Below are positions 1 to 9,211 of a stretch of 64,000 nucleotides of DNA, in pieces. The DNA comes from an uncultured Chloroflexia bacterium (lineage in GTDB: Bacteria > Chloroflexota > Limnocylindria > Limnocylindrales > CSP1-4): NCBI GenBank assembly GCA_963748625.1, contig CAVVJT010000005.1, positions 7,482-71,481 of the forward strand. The letters are read 5' to 3'. The notes beneath the pieces are model-generated. The model saw only the letters and a program-made list of their open reading frames with translations. It had not been told where the DNA came from and ran no database searches. The stretch's first letter is position 1, and the number at the start of each line of letters is the position of its first letter. The position numbers and the translations under genes were made by a program.

Positions 1-104
1 GGTCCCCAGACGTCCCAGTCCTCGGCATCGACACGCGACCCCCGGCCGACCGGGCCGCGCCGAGCCCTGACCACGCCGGCATCCGCCCTCGAAGGTGCAC
101 CGCC

Positions 105-1937
105 GTGAACCCGACCCGCATGTCACCCCGGCTCCGCCTGTCACGTCCGCTCTCCGTCCTGCTTGCCCTGGCGCTCCTGGCTGCAGGGTGTGCCGAAACA
201 CCACTTCCCTCGGGGTCGACCGTGCCGGGGACACCGGTCCCCCAAGGGTCCGTGAACGACGGGCCCGCCGTCTCCACGCCGGCACCGACGCCCGCCGTGA
301 CACCCCTGCCGACACCCACACCGAGCCTGGCACCGGCTGAGCTGGCTCCGGGCTCGGCCGCCATCACCGTGTCCGACCGCCTGCGCGTGCGCTCGCAGCC
401 GCGGGTGAGTGACGACTCGGCCCGGTATGAGCCCCTGCTGCCGACGGGGACGGAGCTCCTCGTCATCGAGGGACCGGTCCGCGCATCCGGGTACGACTGG
501 TACCGCGTCGCGCCGCTCTCCCTGACGCTCAGCGGCGGCGTCAACGAGGGCTGGGTGGCCATCGCCGATCACGACGGCACCCCATGGGTTGCCTCCGCCG
601 GTGATCCGCTCGCCGGCCTCGAGTTCGCGCGATCGGCGGTGACCCGCTCCGCCGGCGGCGTGCGGGAGGCGAAGCAGGCCGCGCAGTCGGTCAATGCGTT
701 CGCCGTGGACATGTACGGGCGCCTGCGGACGGATGCCTCGGCCAAGCTGGACGGGAAGAACATCGTGTTCTCCCCGACCAGCATCGCGCTCGCCCTGGCC
801 ATGGCCCGGGCCGGAGCCCGCGGAACGACGGCGAGCGAGATGGACGACGTACTGCGCGCCGACGGCTGGAAGCCACTGGCTGCCCGGCTCAACGCGCTGG
901 ATCAGGAGCTCGCCGGGCACAACGCGACGTGGACCGACTACGACAAGAACACCCACGCCCTGTCGCTGCGGATCGCGAACACCGCCTTCGGCCAGCGGGG
1001 CTACGCCCTCGAGCAGGCCTTCCTCGATGCGATCGCCGAGGGGTTCGGCGCGCAACTCGGGCTCGTCGACTTCGAGGCCGATCCTGAGGCGGCCCGGCAG
1101 GTCATCAACGCGTGGGTCAGCCGCCAGACCGCACGGCGCATCCCGGAGCTGCTGGTCCCGGGCAACGTGACCAGTGACACGCGCCTCGCCCTCGTGAATG
1201 CGATCTACCTCAAGGCGAACTGGCAGTTGGAGTTCGACCTGGACCGCACGGCGGACCGGACGTTCACCCGGCGTGACGGGAGCAACGTGGACGTCCCGAC
1301 CATGTCACTCGATGGGGCCCAGGAGGTTCCCTACGCGAGCGGCTCCGGCTGGAAGGCGACGGAGCTCAGGTACACGGGTGCCGATGGCACGACGCCGCTC
1401 GCGATGACGCTCATCCTCCCCGACAACCTCGCCGCCTTCGAGCGCGGGATGACCTCTGCGAAGCTGGACTCGATCGTCGCCAAGCTCGGGACGGAGCGGA
1501 CGCGGATCTCCCGCACCAGGCACGGCAAGGCCGACGAGTGGGGTATGGCCTGCCCGTACTACGCCTACCAGACGCGGCTGTTCCTGCCCCGCTTCGGGGT
1601 CGACACCCGGGCCAGCCTGGTCCCCGTCCTCAAGCGGATGGGCATCAAGGCGGCGTTCGATACGGCCGGGGCGGACTTCTCGGGAATCACGGGGGAGAAG
1701 TCGCTGTTCATCTCCGAGGTGATCCACCAGGCCAACATCGACGTCGACGAGAAGGGGACCGAGGCCGCCGCCGCGACGGCCATCCTCTTCGACACCACCG
1801 GTGGCTGCGGCCCGGCGGCTCCGCTCAAGACCGTCACGCTGCGCCTCAACCGGCCGTTCCTGTTCGCCGTGCGTGACGTCGGGACGGGCGCCATCCTGTT
1901 CATGGGTCGCGTCATGAACCCATCGGTCCGCAAGTAG
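105..1937 (+). CDS. Serpin-family protease inhibitor, lipoprotein, with N-terminal SH3b-like domain
   Basis: 610-aa ORF. The lipobox signal is MSPRLRLSRPLSVLLALALLAAGC. An SH3b-like segment reads RVRSQPRV..GYDWYRV..GWVAIAD. Serpin hallmarks are NAIYLKANWQLEFD, the hinge EKGTEAAAATA and the C-terminal NRPFLFAVRD..GAILFMGRVMNP. The start is GTG 105 or ATG 120. Confidence 0.9.
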   Translation: MNPTRMSPRLRLSRPLSVLLALALLAAGCAETPLPSGSTVPGTPVPQGSVNDGPAVSTPAPTPAVTPLPTPTPSLAPAELAPGSAAITVSDRLRVRSQPRVSDDSARYEPLLPTGTELLVIEGPVRASGYDWYRVAPLSLTLSGGVNEGWVAIADHDGTPWVASAGDPLAGLEFARSAVTRSAGGVREAKQAAQSVNAFAVDMYGRLRTDASAKLDGKNIVFSPTSIALALAMARAGARGTTASEMDDVLRADGWKPLAARLNALDQELAGHNATWTDYDKNTHALSLRIANTAFGQRGYALEQAFLDAIAEGFGAQLGLVDFEADPEAARQVINAWVSRQTARRIPELLVPGNVTSDTRLALVNAIYLKANWQLEFDLDRTADRTFTRRDGSNVDVPTMSLDGAQEVPYASGSGWKATELRYTGADGTTPLAMTLILPDNLAAFERGMTSAKLDSIVAKLGTERTRISRTRHGKADEWGMACPYYAYQTRLFLPRFGVDTRASLVPVLKRMGIKAAFDTAGADFSGITGEKSLFISEVIHQANIDVDEKGTEAAAATAILFDTTGGCGPAAPLKTVTLRLNRPFLFAVRDVGTGAILFMGRVMNPSVRK

Positions 1938-1966
1938 GCTCCGGCTGCTGCCGGCGGGAACCGTCC

Positions 1967-2323
1967 TTACTTCGGCTTCGCCAGCCAGGCCTTCCAGGCC
2001 GTCTCGTCCTTGCCGGCGGTCAGCTCGTCGCCGTAGCGGACGAGGGGCAGGCGGATGAGCCGGGCGTCGGCCAGAAGACGTGCAGTGATGCCGGCCGTGT
2101 CGGTGGACAGGTAGCCGAGCCCCTGCTCCTTGTATGGCCGGCTCTCGGTGTTGAGGAGCGCGGCGGCCCCGAGGCGGTCCGTGAAGCGGCGCAGCTCACC
2201 CGGGGCGATCGGCTTCTTGCGCAGGTCCACGAAGTGCACCACGATCCGCCGCTCCCGGAAGAAGCGGAGGGCGGCCCGCGTGGCGTTGTCGTCCTCGAAG
2301 CCGAACACCTGGATGTTCGGCAT
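1967..2323 (-). CDS. ArsC/Spx/YffB-family thioredoxin-fold protein (Cys-less variant)
   Basis: 118 aa from ATG 2323 (MPNIQVFGFEDDNATRAALRFFRERRIVVHFVDLRKKPI...). The upstream part of the 222-aa track ORF is Pro/Arg-rich junk. The usual N-terminal Cys position reads DDNA. Confidence 0.75.
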   Translation of the reverse strand: MPNIQVFGFEDDNATRAALRFFRERRIVVHFVDLRKKPIAPGELRRFTDRLGAAALLNTESRPYKEQGLGYLSTDTAGITARLLADARLIRLPLVRYGDELTAGKDETAWKAWLAKPK

Positions 2324-2363
2324 CTTCTTGGTCGGCGTGTTCCCAAGCGGTGCAGGCACGGTC

Positions 2364-2831
2364 TCAGGCCTCCCTGGGCTCGAGCGCGATGACAGGAATG
2401 GTGCGGTCGGTCCAGCGGGCGTACATCTCGAACCCGGGGTAGGCGCGGGCGGCCAGGGCCCACAGGCGGGCGCGCTCGTCGCCGGTGGTGACGCGCGCAC
2501 GGGCGGGCCGCTCCTCCTGGCCCACCAGCACGGCGACATCCGGCCGGGCGCGCAGGTTGCCCACCCATGCGGGCTCGCGGTCGGAGCCCGCGTTGGAGCC
2601 GATGACCACCAGGCGCGACCCGTCCTCGATGGCATAGAGGGGGATCTCCCGCCGCTTGCCGGTCGATCGGCCGGTGGTGATGAGGATCACGTTGAGGACG
2701 CCCAGGTTGCGCCCGATGAACCAGCGGCCGCCCGTCCACCGGTAGACGTGCGGGTGCAGGCGTGTGATGACACGGCTCGTGCCGATCCTGCCGATCAGCC
2801 GGTAGAAGCCCTCGGAGCGTTGCGTCACCAT
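2364..2831 (-). CDS. Nitroreductase-family deazaflavin (F420)-dependent oxidoreductase (DUF385-like)
   Basis: 155 aa from ATG 2831. The sequence ITTGRSTGKRREIPLYAIEDGSRLVVIGSNAGSDREPAWVGNLRARPDV is typical of the family. The 478-aa track ORF is an over-extension. Confidence 0.8.
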   Translation of the reverse strand: MVTQRSEGFYRLIGRIGTSRVITRLHPHVYRWTGGRWFIGRNLGVLNVILITTGRSTGKRREIPLYAIEDGSRLVVIGSNAGSDREPAWVGNLRARPDVAVLVGQEERPARARVTTGDERARLWALAARAYPGFEMYARWTDRTIPVIALEPREA

Positions 2832-2885
2832 CGGAGCGCAGGGTAGCGCCCCGCCCCGTACCATGGGCGGCCAGGAGGTTCCCAC

Positions 2886-3158
2886 GTGAGTGTCTGGTTC
2901 ACCGTCCAGCTCGATGATCGCCCCGGCGCGCTCGCCGAGGTCGCGCAGGCGCTGGCCGAGCGCGCCGTCAACATCACCGGCATCGTGGGGGTGGCCGAGG
3001 ACACCGACGGCGCCCTGATGCTGACCACCAGCGACGCGGCTGCCACGCGCGAGGCCTTCTCGGCGCTCGGCACGACGTTCGAGGAGCACGATCCGGCCAG
3101 CGGTGGCGAGCCGTCGGGCTTCACGATCAGCTCCATCGTCGCCGGCCGCGCCGGCTGA
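2886..3158 (+). CDS. ACT domain protein
   Basis: 90 aa with a GTG start. VQLDDRPGALAEVAQALAERAVNITGI is a classic ACT beta-alpha-beta opening. Confidence 0.7.
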   Translation: MSVWFTVQLDDRPGALAEVAQALAERAVNITGIVGVAEDTDGALMLTTSDAAATREAFSALGTTFEEHDPASGGEPSGFTISSIVAGRAG

Positions 3159-3203
3159 GTCCACCACCAGCACCCGGCCCGAGTCAGCCCCGGAGCGCTG
3201 TCG

Positions 3204-3908
3204 ATGCCCCGCCGCCATCCGCAACCGCTGCCGCCCGCGGTCGCCGTCCGCCTGGAGCTCCTCGATGAGCCGGGCGCGATCGCGGCGCTTTCGCGCGCGC
3301 TCGGCGAGGCCGGGGGGCGCATGCGCGCGCTCTCGACCGTGCGACGTGGCGGACGTGCGGGCGTCGCGCCCGATGCCCCCACCAGCGTCACTGTTGAGGT
3401 GGAGGTGGAGGATGCGGACGAGGCGACGGTGGTGGCCGCCCTCGAAGGGGTCCGCGAGGTCGAGACCATCCACATGACCCGTGCGATGGGCAAGGTCTTC
3501 GGCAAGCGGGTGATCGTGATCGGCGGCGGAGCGCAGGTCGCCCAGGTCGCGCTGGGCGCTGTGACGGAGGCCGACCGCCACAACCTGCGCGGCGAGAAGA
3601 TCTCCGTGGACACGATTCCCCTCGTGGGCGAGGACAACATCGCGTACGCCGTGCGCGCCGTGGCCGACCTCCCTCGCGCCCGGATGCTGGTCCTCGCGGG
3701 ATCGATCATGGGCGGTGACATCAGCCGCGCCGCGGACGAGCTGCGCGCCGTCGGCATCCCGATCATCGCGCTCAACATGGTCGGCTCCATCACGGAGCAC
3801 GTGGATCTCGTCATCAGCGACCCGGTGCAGGCCGGCACGATGGCGGTCATGGCCGTGGCCGACACCGCAAGCTTCGAGCTGGCCAAGCAGAAGGGCCGCC
3901 GGTACTAG
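3204..3908 (+). CDS. ACT domain protein with C-terminal Rossmann-like (DUF5612-like) domain
   Basis: 234 aa. The N-terminal ACT-like segment reads LLDEPGAIAALSRALGEAGGRM. The C-terminal segment reads KRVIVIGGGAQVAQVALGAV...IPLVGEDNIAYAV...LAGSIMGG. The family assignment is from memory only. Confidence 0.6.
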   Translation: MPRRHPQPLPPAVAVRLELLDEPGAIAALSRALGEAGGRMRALSTVRRGGRAGVAPDAPTSVTVEVEVEDADEATVVAALEGVREVETIHMTRAMGKVFGKRVIVIGGGAQVAQVALGAVTEADRHNLRGEKISVDTIPLVGEDNIAYAVRAVADLPRARMLVLAGSIMGGDISRAADELRAVGIPIIALNMVGSITEHVDLVISDPVQAGTMAVMAVADTASFELAKQKGRRY

Positions 3909-3910
3909 CC

Positions 3911-4810
3911 ATGCGCATCGCGACCTGGAACGTCAACTCGCTCAAGGCCCGCCAGGAGGCCGTCGAGAAGTGGCTGGAGCGGGCCGCGCCCGACGTGCTG
4001 CTGATCCAGGAGACCAAGCTCTCGGACGCGGACGCGCCCGTCATGCCGATGCGCATGCTGGGCTACGAGATGGCCCACCACGGCGAGGGCCGCTGGAACG
4101 GGGTGGCGATCCTGTCCCGCGTGGGCATCGAGGACATCGTCACCAACTTCGGCGACGGGCCCGTGCGGGACTCCAGCGCCGGGTCGGCGCTCGCGGTGTC
4201 CGAGGACGACTTCGACCCGTTCGGCGAGGCGCGCATGGTGTCCGCCGTGTGCGGTGGCGTGCGCGTGGCCTCGCTCTACGCCCCCAACGGCCGAGAGGTC
4301 GGCTCGCCGTTCTTCGAGGGCAAGTTGCGCTGGTTCGACCGGCTCCTGCGCTGGCTGGAGGAGACGCAGACGCCCGACACGCCGCTCGTGCTGGGCGGTG
4401 ACTACAACGTGACCCCGGCCGACATCGACGTCTGGAGCCCGGCCAGGGCGCACGGCGGCACCCACGTGTCCGCACCGGAGCGCGAGGCACTCGCCCGTCT
4501 CCGTGCCTGGGGCCTGACGGACACCTACCGCGAGCACAACCCCGAGAGCGGCCGGTTCTCGTGGTGGGACTACCGCGCCGGGATGTTCCACAAGAACGAG
4601 GGGATGCGGATCGACCTGCTCTACGCGACGGCGCCCGTGGCGTCGCGGGTCACCTGGGCGGAGATCGACCGCGAGGCCCGGAAGGGCCCGCCGACCCCGT
4701 CGGATCACACGCCTGTGGTGATCGACCTCGACGAGGCAGGCCGCCCGTTCGACGCCGGCTGGGAGGGTGCGCTGACGCGGATCGCCGCCCGGAGTCGGCC
4801 CAGGGGCTGA
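3911..4810 (+). CDS. xthA: Exodeoxyribonuclease III
   Basis: 299 aa. Motifs are MRIATWNVNSLKARQEAV...DVLLIQETKL, ...GGDYNVTP...WWDYR and ...GMRIDLLY..PSDHTPVV. Confidence 0.93.
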   Translation: MRIATWNVNSLKARQEAVEKWLERAAPDVLLIQETKLSDADAPVMPMRMLGYEMAHHGEGRWNGVAILSRVGIEDIVTNFGDGPVRDSSAGSALAVSEDDFDPFGEARMVSAVCGGVRVASLYAPNGREVGSPFFEGKLRWFDRLLRWLEETQTPDTPLVLGGDYNVTPADIDVWSPARAHGGTHVSAPEREALARLRAWGLTDTYREHNPESGRFSWWDYRAGMFHKNEGMRIDLLYATAPVASRVTWAEIDREARKGPPTPSDHTPVVIDLDEAGRPFDAGWEGALTRIAARSRPRG

Positions 4811-5240
4811 CACCGTGCCTAGTGTCTCGTGCCGCCAATGCCCGGCGGATACCCCTGCGTGCCCGTGCCGCTGATCGGAAGGGGCATCACCGGGCGTCGC
4901 CCACGACGGCTGCTGCCGTGCGCACCCGGCACGCACACGGAGCGGTGACGTCGCGGGATGTGCGCCCCGGGCTCCGCCCGTGCGCTCCGCCAGGGTCCCG
5001 AGGGCACGACCTGCGCACCAGCCGCGCATCGAGCGCTCCGGCCGCACCGTGTGGCCGTCCGGCGCGCAGCCGGACGGCGACAGGACCCGGACGGCGCCAG
5101 GACCCGGAGCGGCGGTCCGCACGCCGCGAGCGACCAGCGAATCGGGACACTAGCCCTGCGCCACCAGCAGCCCGGGCGCCCGGAGGCGTAACGCGCCGGG
5201 GCGACATCGCGTCACACCACAGCGTCCGCGAGGTGGTGAG

Positions 5241-6584
5241 ATGCTCCGTGCCGCACTCCTGTGCATTCCATTCCTTGTCCTGGCCTGCGCCGGACCCTCG
5301 GTGCCAACACCGAGCACAACGGCGACATCGAACCCTTCCACTCCCGGTGCCACCGGCGGTGTCGCCTCACCGGCACCACCGACGCCCGCGCCCGCAGCCC
5401 CATCCCCGGCGGCCACGCGCACGCCCCGACCAGCGTCGGAGGCCCCGACGTTTGCGCCATCGGCCACGCCTGCCACAACCCCGGCTACCCCTGCGCCGAC
5501 CGTCACCCCGTCTCCGGCGGCGAGTGCACGCCCCGCACGCTGGGTGAAGGCGGGCAGGTTCAGCTCGCCGCGGCAGGACACGCAGCTCGCGCTGCTGGGC
5601 AACGGCCAGGTCCTCGCCGCGGGCGATGAGCCCACGTGCGGAATCGAGGCCGGCCCCAGCGACACCGCGGAGCTCTGGCGGCCACGCACCGGCAGCTGGC
5701 GCCGGACGGACAGCATGCCCAGCACCCGGACCCTGACGCAGCTCATCGCCTTGACCGACGGCAGGGCGATGGTCACCGGTGGCGCGAACCGGGACTACGT
5801 CGCCAAGTCCAGTACGGCCGTCTACGACCCGGCGACCCACCGGTGGTCTGCCTCCGGCCTGCTCAGCACCGCCCGGATGAACTTCGCGGCCGCGGCACTC
5901 CCCGGTGGCGGGGCGCTGGTCGCAGGGGGCCTGCTCATCGACAAGGGGCAGGACGGTCGTGCCCTCCGCACCGTGGAGCAGTGGGACCCGGGAACCGGCC
6001 GGTGGTCGCAGATCGAGCCGATGGCGAACGTCAGGATGGATGCGGCCGCCGTGACCCTCGCGGACGGCCGCGTGCTGGTCGTGGGCGGGTACCCGTCCTG
6101 GGGCGCGGATCGGCCACTCGCGACCGCCGAGATCCACAACCCCGGTACCGGGCGCTGGCGGTCCGCCGGCTCCCTGTCTCAGGCGCGCGAGGGCTTCTCG
6201 CTCGTGGCCCTGCCGGGTGGCGGGGCGCTGGTTGCGGGAGGCAGGGCGAACGAGGACTGGGCCGAGCTCTTCGACCCCGCGACCCGCACCTGGTCACGGG
6301 TGAAGGGCACCGCCCCGTCCGGTGCGTTGCCCGGGATGGCGGTGCTGCAGGACGGACGCGTGCTCGTCGTGTCGGGCGACACCGCCAAGCTGTGGGACCC
6401 GGCCACCGGTCGCTGGAGCCGGACGGCGCCCCTCCCGGGCGGCATGTGGGAAGCGTCGGCGGTGCTCCTCGACGACGGGTCAGTCCTGGTCGGCGGGGGC
6501 TGGACCGAGCCCACCCCACAGGGTGAGACCGGGGGCTGCGAGTCGTACAGCAGCCGGACCTGGCGGTACGTGCCCGGCCCGTGA
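5241..6584 (+). CDS. Kelch-repeat beta-propeller lipoprotein
   Basis: 447 aa. The lipobox is FLVLAC and is followed by a Pro/Thr-rich linker. Repeats follow the pattern LxDGRVLVxGG / LPGGGALVAGG ... W.P.TG.W. Confidence 0.8.
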   Translation: MLRAALLCIPFLVLACAGPSVPTPSTTATSNPSTPGATGGVASPAPPTPAPAAPSPAATRTPRPASEAPTFAPSATPATTPATPAPTVTPSPAASARPARWVKAGRFSSPRQDTQLALLGNGQVLAAGDEPTCGIEAGPSDTAELWRPRTGSWRRTDSMPSTRTLTQLIALTDGRAMVTGGANRDYVAKSSTAVYDPATHRWSASGLLSTARMNFAAAALPGGGALVAGGLLIDKGQDGRALRTVEQWDPGTGRWSQIEPMANVRMDAAAVTLADGRVLVVGGYPSWGADRPLATAEIHNPGTGRWRSAGSLSQAREGFSLVALPGGGALVAGGRANEDWAELFDPATRTWSRVKGTAPSGALPGMAVLQDGRVLVVSGDTAKLWDPATGRWSRTAPLPGGMWEASAVLLDDGSVLVGGGWTEPTPQGETGGCESYSSRTWRYVPGP

Positions 6585-6780
6585 GGCGGACGACGGCCGT
6601 GCAGGCACGACCGTCTGACCCGCGACCGCCTGGACTGGGCATCCTCGGCAACGGTGTCCGATGCGGGATTCGCACGGTGCCACCAGCCTGTGTCGCATGT
6701 CCGAATCCGCTCTCAGTACCCGGCGCGCCCTGCTCACGGGCGAGGTGTCCGGGCAGCCGGCTCCCCGCACCTACACCAAC

Positions 6781-6804
6781 CGCCGCGGGCGTCAGCCCGC
6801 GGCG
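6781..6804. terminator. Palindromic hairpin between convergent Kelch gene and arcC
   Basis: CGCCGCGGGC-GTCA-GCCCGCGGCG forms a 10-bp perfect GC stem with a 4-nt loop. It sits about 30 nt beyond the arcC stop. There is no U-tract. Confidence 0.4.
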
Positions 6805-6831
6805 CATCCGTGCTGCCTTGCCCGCCCGGCG

Positions 6832-7794
6832 TCAGCCCGCCGTCCCCATGGGCAGGAGCGGCGCGGTCCCCCATTCGATCTCGGCGGCCGCCTTGGTGAC
6901 CGTTGTGCCCGCCTCGCCGCGGAGCATCGCGCCCGCATCGGCGAGCGACCCGATCGCCGCGAAACCGCCCGTCTCCCCCGCGAACCGGCAGGCCGCCTGC
7001 ACCTTGGGCCCCATCGACCCCGCCGCGAACCAGTGCCCGGTGAGGTCCACGGGCGACGCGCGGCGGATCGGCCAGGCGTTGGGCGTGGCCCAGTCGGCGT
7101 AGACCGCGTCCACGTCGGTGAGCATCAAGTACGCATCGGCATGGAGGGACTGGGCCAGGAGCGCGCCCGCGAAGTCCTTGTCGATGACTGCCTCGACCCC
7201 CTCGTACGTCCCGCCCTCGTTCGCAACCACCGGGATCCCGCCGCCGCCCGCGCACACCACGAGGACGCCCTCGCGGACCAGCAGCTCGATCACCCCCAGC
7301 TCCAGGATCTTGCGCGGCTGGGGCGACGGGACCACCCGCCGCCACTTGAGGCCGTCGGGCGCGATGGACCAGCCCTTGTCGGCCGCGAGGCGGTCGGCCT
7401 CCGGCTTGTCGTACACCGGGCCGATCGGCTTGGTGGGCTTCGCGAACGCGGGGTCATCCCGGCCCACCTCGATCCGGGTGAGCAGCGTTGCCAGCGCCCG
7501 GCTGGGCCCCAGGAGGTTGCCCAGCTCCTGCTCGAGCAGGTAGCCGATCATCCCCTCCGACTCGGCATCGAGGATGTCGAGCGGGTAGGTCTCCTCGGGG
7601 TGGTAGGCGGCGTTCTGGAGGGCCAGGAGGCCCACCTGCGGACCGTTGCCGTGGGTCAGGATCAGGTCGTGGTCCTGGGCGATGGGCAGGAGCGCCCGAG
7701 CGGCGATCGCCACGTTCGCGCGCTGGTTCTCGGCGGTGAGCGGCTGGCCCCGGCGCAGGAGCGCATTGCCCCCGAGCGCAGCGACGACGCGCAT
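6832..7794 (-). CDS. arcC: Carbamate kinase
   Basis: 320 aa, opening [24 protein letters not shown]...ILTHGNGPQVGLLAL. The start overlaps the stop of the upstream carbamoyltransferase. Confidence 0.92.
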   Translation of the reverse strand: MRVVAALGGNALLRRGQPLTAENQRANVAIAARALLPIAQDHDLILTHGNGPQVGLLALQNAAYHPEETYPLDILDAESEGMIGYLLEQELGNLLGPSRALATLLTRIEVGRDDPAFAKPTKPIGPVYDKPEADRLAADKGWSIAPDGLKWRRVVPSPQPRKILELGVIELLVREGVLVVCAGGGGIPVVANEGGTYEGVEAVIDKDFAGALLAQSLHADAYLMLTDVDAVYADWATPNAWPIRRASPVDLTGHWFAAGSMGPKVQAACRFAGETGGFAAIGSLADAGAMLRGEAGTTVTKAAAEIEWGTAPLLPMGTAG

Positions 7795-8819
7795 CAGCGC
7801 TCGCCGTCGCGGTGCAGGGTGGCCACCAGGACGGCCTTGATGGTGTGCATCCGGTTCTCGGCCTGGTCGAACACGATCGATCCCGGCGCCTCGAAGACCT
7901 CGTCGGTCACCTCCATGGCCGTGAGGCCGTGGCGCTCGAACATCTTCCGGCCGACATCGGTCTCGAGGTCGTGGAAGGCCGGCAGGCAGTGCATGAACTT
8001 GACGTCCGGGTTGCCCGTGGCAGCCACCATCGCGCCGTTCACCTGGTAGGGCCGCAGGAGTGCGACCCGCTCGTCCCAGACGGCCTCGGGCTCGCCCATG
8101 GACACCCAGACATCGGTGTAGAGCACGTCCGCGCCGTGGACACCCTGCTCGACGTCCTCCGTCACCGTGATCCGGGCGCCACTCGCCTGCGCATGCTCCT
8201 GGGCCCAGGCGAGGAAGTCCTCCCGCGGCCAGACGGCCCGCGGCGCCACGATGCGCAGGTCCAGCCCCATGGTGGCGCAGCCGATGAGGATCTCGTCACC
8301 CATGTTGCTCCGGGCATCCCCGACGTAGGCCAGGGTGACGTCCTTGAACGGCTTGGCGATGTGCTCGCGGATGGTGAGCAGGTCTGCGAGGACCTGGGTG
8401 GGGTGGTCCTCGTCGGTGAGGCCGTTGTAGACCGGCACGCCGGAGTACAGGGCCAGCGCCTCGACATCGGCCTGGCGGAAGCCCCGGAACTCGATCGCGT
8501 CGTACACGCGGCCGAGCACCCGGGCGGTGTCCTTGACGGACTCCTTCTTGCCGACGTGGCTGCCCGTGGGCCCCAGGTACGTGACGTGGGCGCCCTGGTC
8601 GTACGCGGCCACCTCGAAGCCGATACGGGTGCGCGTGCTGTCCTTCTCGAAGATCAGCGCGATGTTGCGGCCATGCAGGCGCTGGTACTCGCGGCGCTCG
8701 CGCTTCTCCACCTTGAGGGCGGCCGAGAGCTGGAGCAGGTACTCGATCTCCGCTGCCGAGTAGTCACGGAGCGTGAGGAACGAGCGGCCGAACACGTCCA
8801 CGTGCGGGTCGAGAGCCAT
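7794..8819 (-). CDS. argF: Ornithine carbamoyltransferase
   Basis: 341 aa from ATG 8819 ([20 protein letters not shown]). Motifs STRTR, HPTQ, DVWVSMG and HCLP are present. Pairing with carbamate kinase suggests a catabolic (ArcB-like) role. Confidence 0.9.
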   Translation of the reverse strand: MALDPHVDVFGRSFLTLRDYSAAEIEYLLQLSAALKVEKRERREYQRLHGRNIALIFEKDSTRTRIGFEVAAYDQGAHVTYLGPTGSHVGKKESVKDTARVLGRVYDAIEFRGFRQADVEALALYSGVPVYNGLTDEDHPTQVLADLLTIREHIAKPFKDVTLAYVGDARSNMGDEILIGCATMGLDLRIVAPRAVWPREDFLAWAQEHAQASGARITVTEDVEQGVHGADVLYTDVWVSMGEPEAVWDERVALLRPYQVNGAMVAATGNPDVKFMHCLPAFHDLETDVGRKMFERHGLTAMEVTDEVFEAPGSIVFDQAENRMHTIKAVLVATLHRDGER

Positions 8820-9018
8820 TGCCGAACTCCGGGTCCAGGTGGCGCAGCAACGGTCAAGGCCCGGACGCGCCGTGCCGGCGTCCGGGTCGATCTGTGGCGA
8901 GCGTGCACTGCGCCCGGGGTGGCTGTCATGGTCCCTCCGGCCCATAGGCGACGGTCAGGACGGCCGGGGTGCCGATCGCGCGCGTGCGCCGGAGGCCGCC
9001 GGGGCGCGGGGTGGTCCG

Positions 9019-9181
9019 TGGACGCGGCGTCCATGAAACGTCGGTCTCGGGGCCGGCAACCACCTGCTACCCGTCGCAGGGACGCCGAACCCCCGAGACT
9101 CCAGACCCGGCGTCCACGAAACAGCACCCGAATTGCCCAGACGCCATCGCCGGCGAGGATTCACAGACGCGGCGTCCATGA
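9019..9181 (-). promoter_or_regulatory. Triplicated palindromic 16-mer upstream of the argF-arcC operon (candidate operator array or structured leader)
   Basis: GACGCGGCGTCCATGA occurs identically at 9021-9036 and 9166-9181. The variant GACCCGGCGTCCACGA lies at 9104-9119. The core GGACGC-G-GCGTCC is a palindrome. Confidence 0.35.
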
Positions 9182-9184
9182 CGA

Positions 9185-9211
9185 GGACCTGCGGCGGACG
9201 CCCTGCGGTCC
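9185..9211 (-). terminator. Hairpin immediately after the stop of the 9212-10003 membrane-protein gene
   Basis: GGACCTGCGG...CTGCGGTCC forms a stem of about 10 bp including wobble pairs. It abuts the stop codon at 9212. Confidence 0.3.

Noticed and set aside
1967-3800. Track ORFs 1967-2635 (222 aa) and 2364-3800 (478 aa) taken as full-length genes.
   Set aside because: Only their C-terminal parts (118 aa and 155 aa) carry family motifs. The N-terminal extensions are Arg/Pro/Gly-rich, overlap other genes or strands, and internal ATG starts give normal-sized family members.
6832-8819. Complete arginine deiminase (ADI) pathway operon.
   Set aside because: Only the carbamoyltransferase and carbamate kinase are present. 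No arcA or antiporter lies within the window.
4811-9211. Housekeeping structured RNAs (RNase P RNA, tmRNA, SRP RNA, 6S) in the long intergenic gaps at 4811-5240, 8820-9211, 18223-18579, 34075-34606 and 43156-43530.
   Set aside because: None of the universally conserved sequence blocks I remember for these RNAs, such as GAGGAAAGUCC for RNase P, could be found by eye on either strand.
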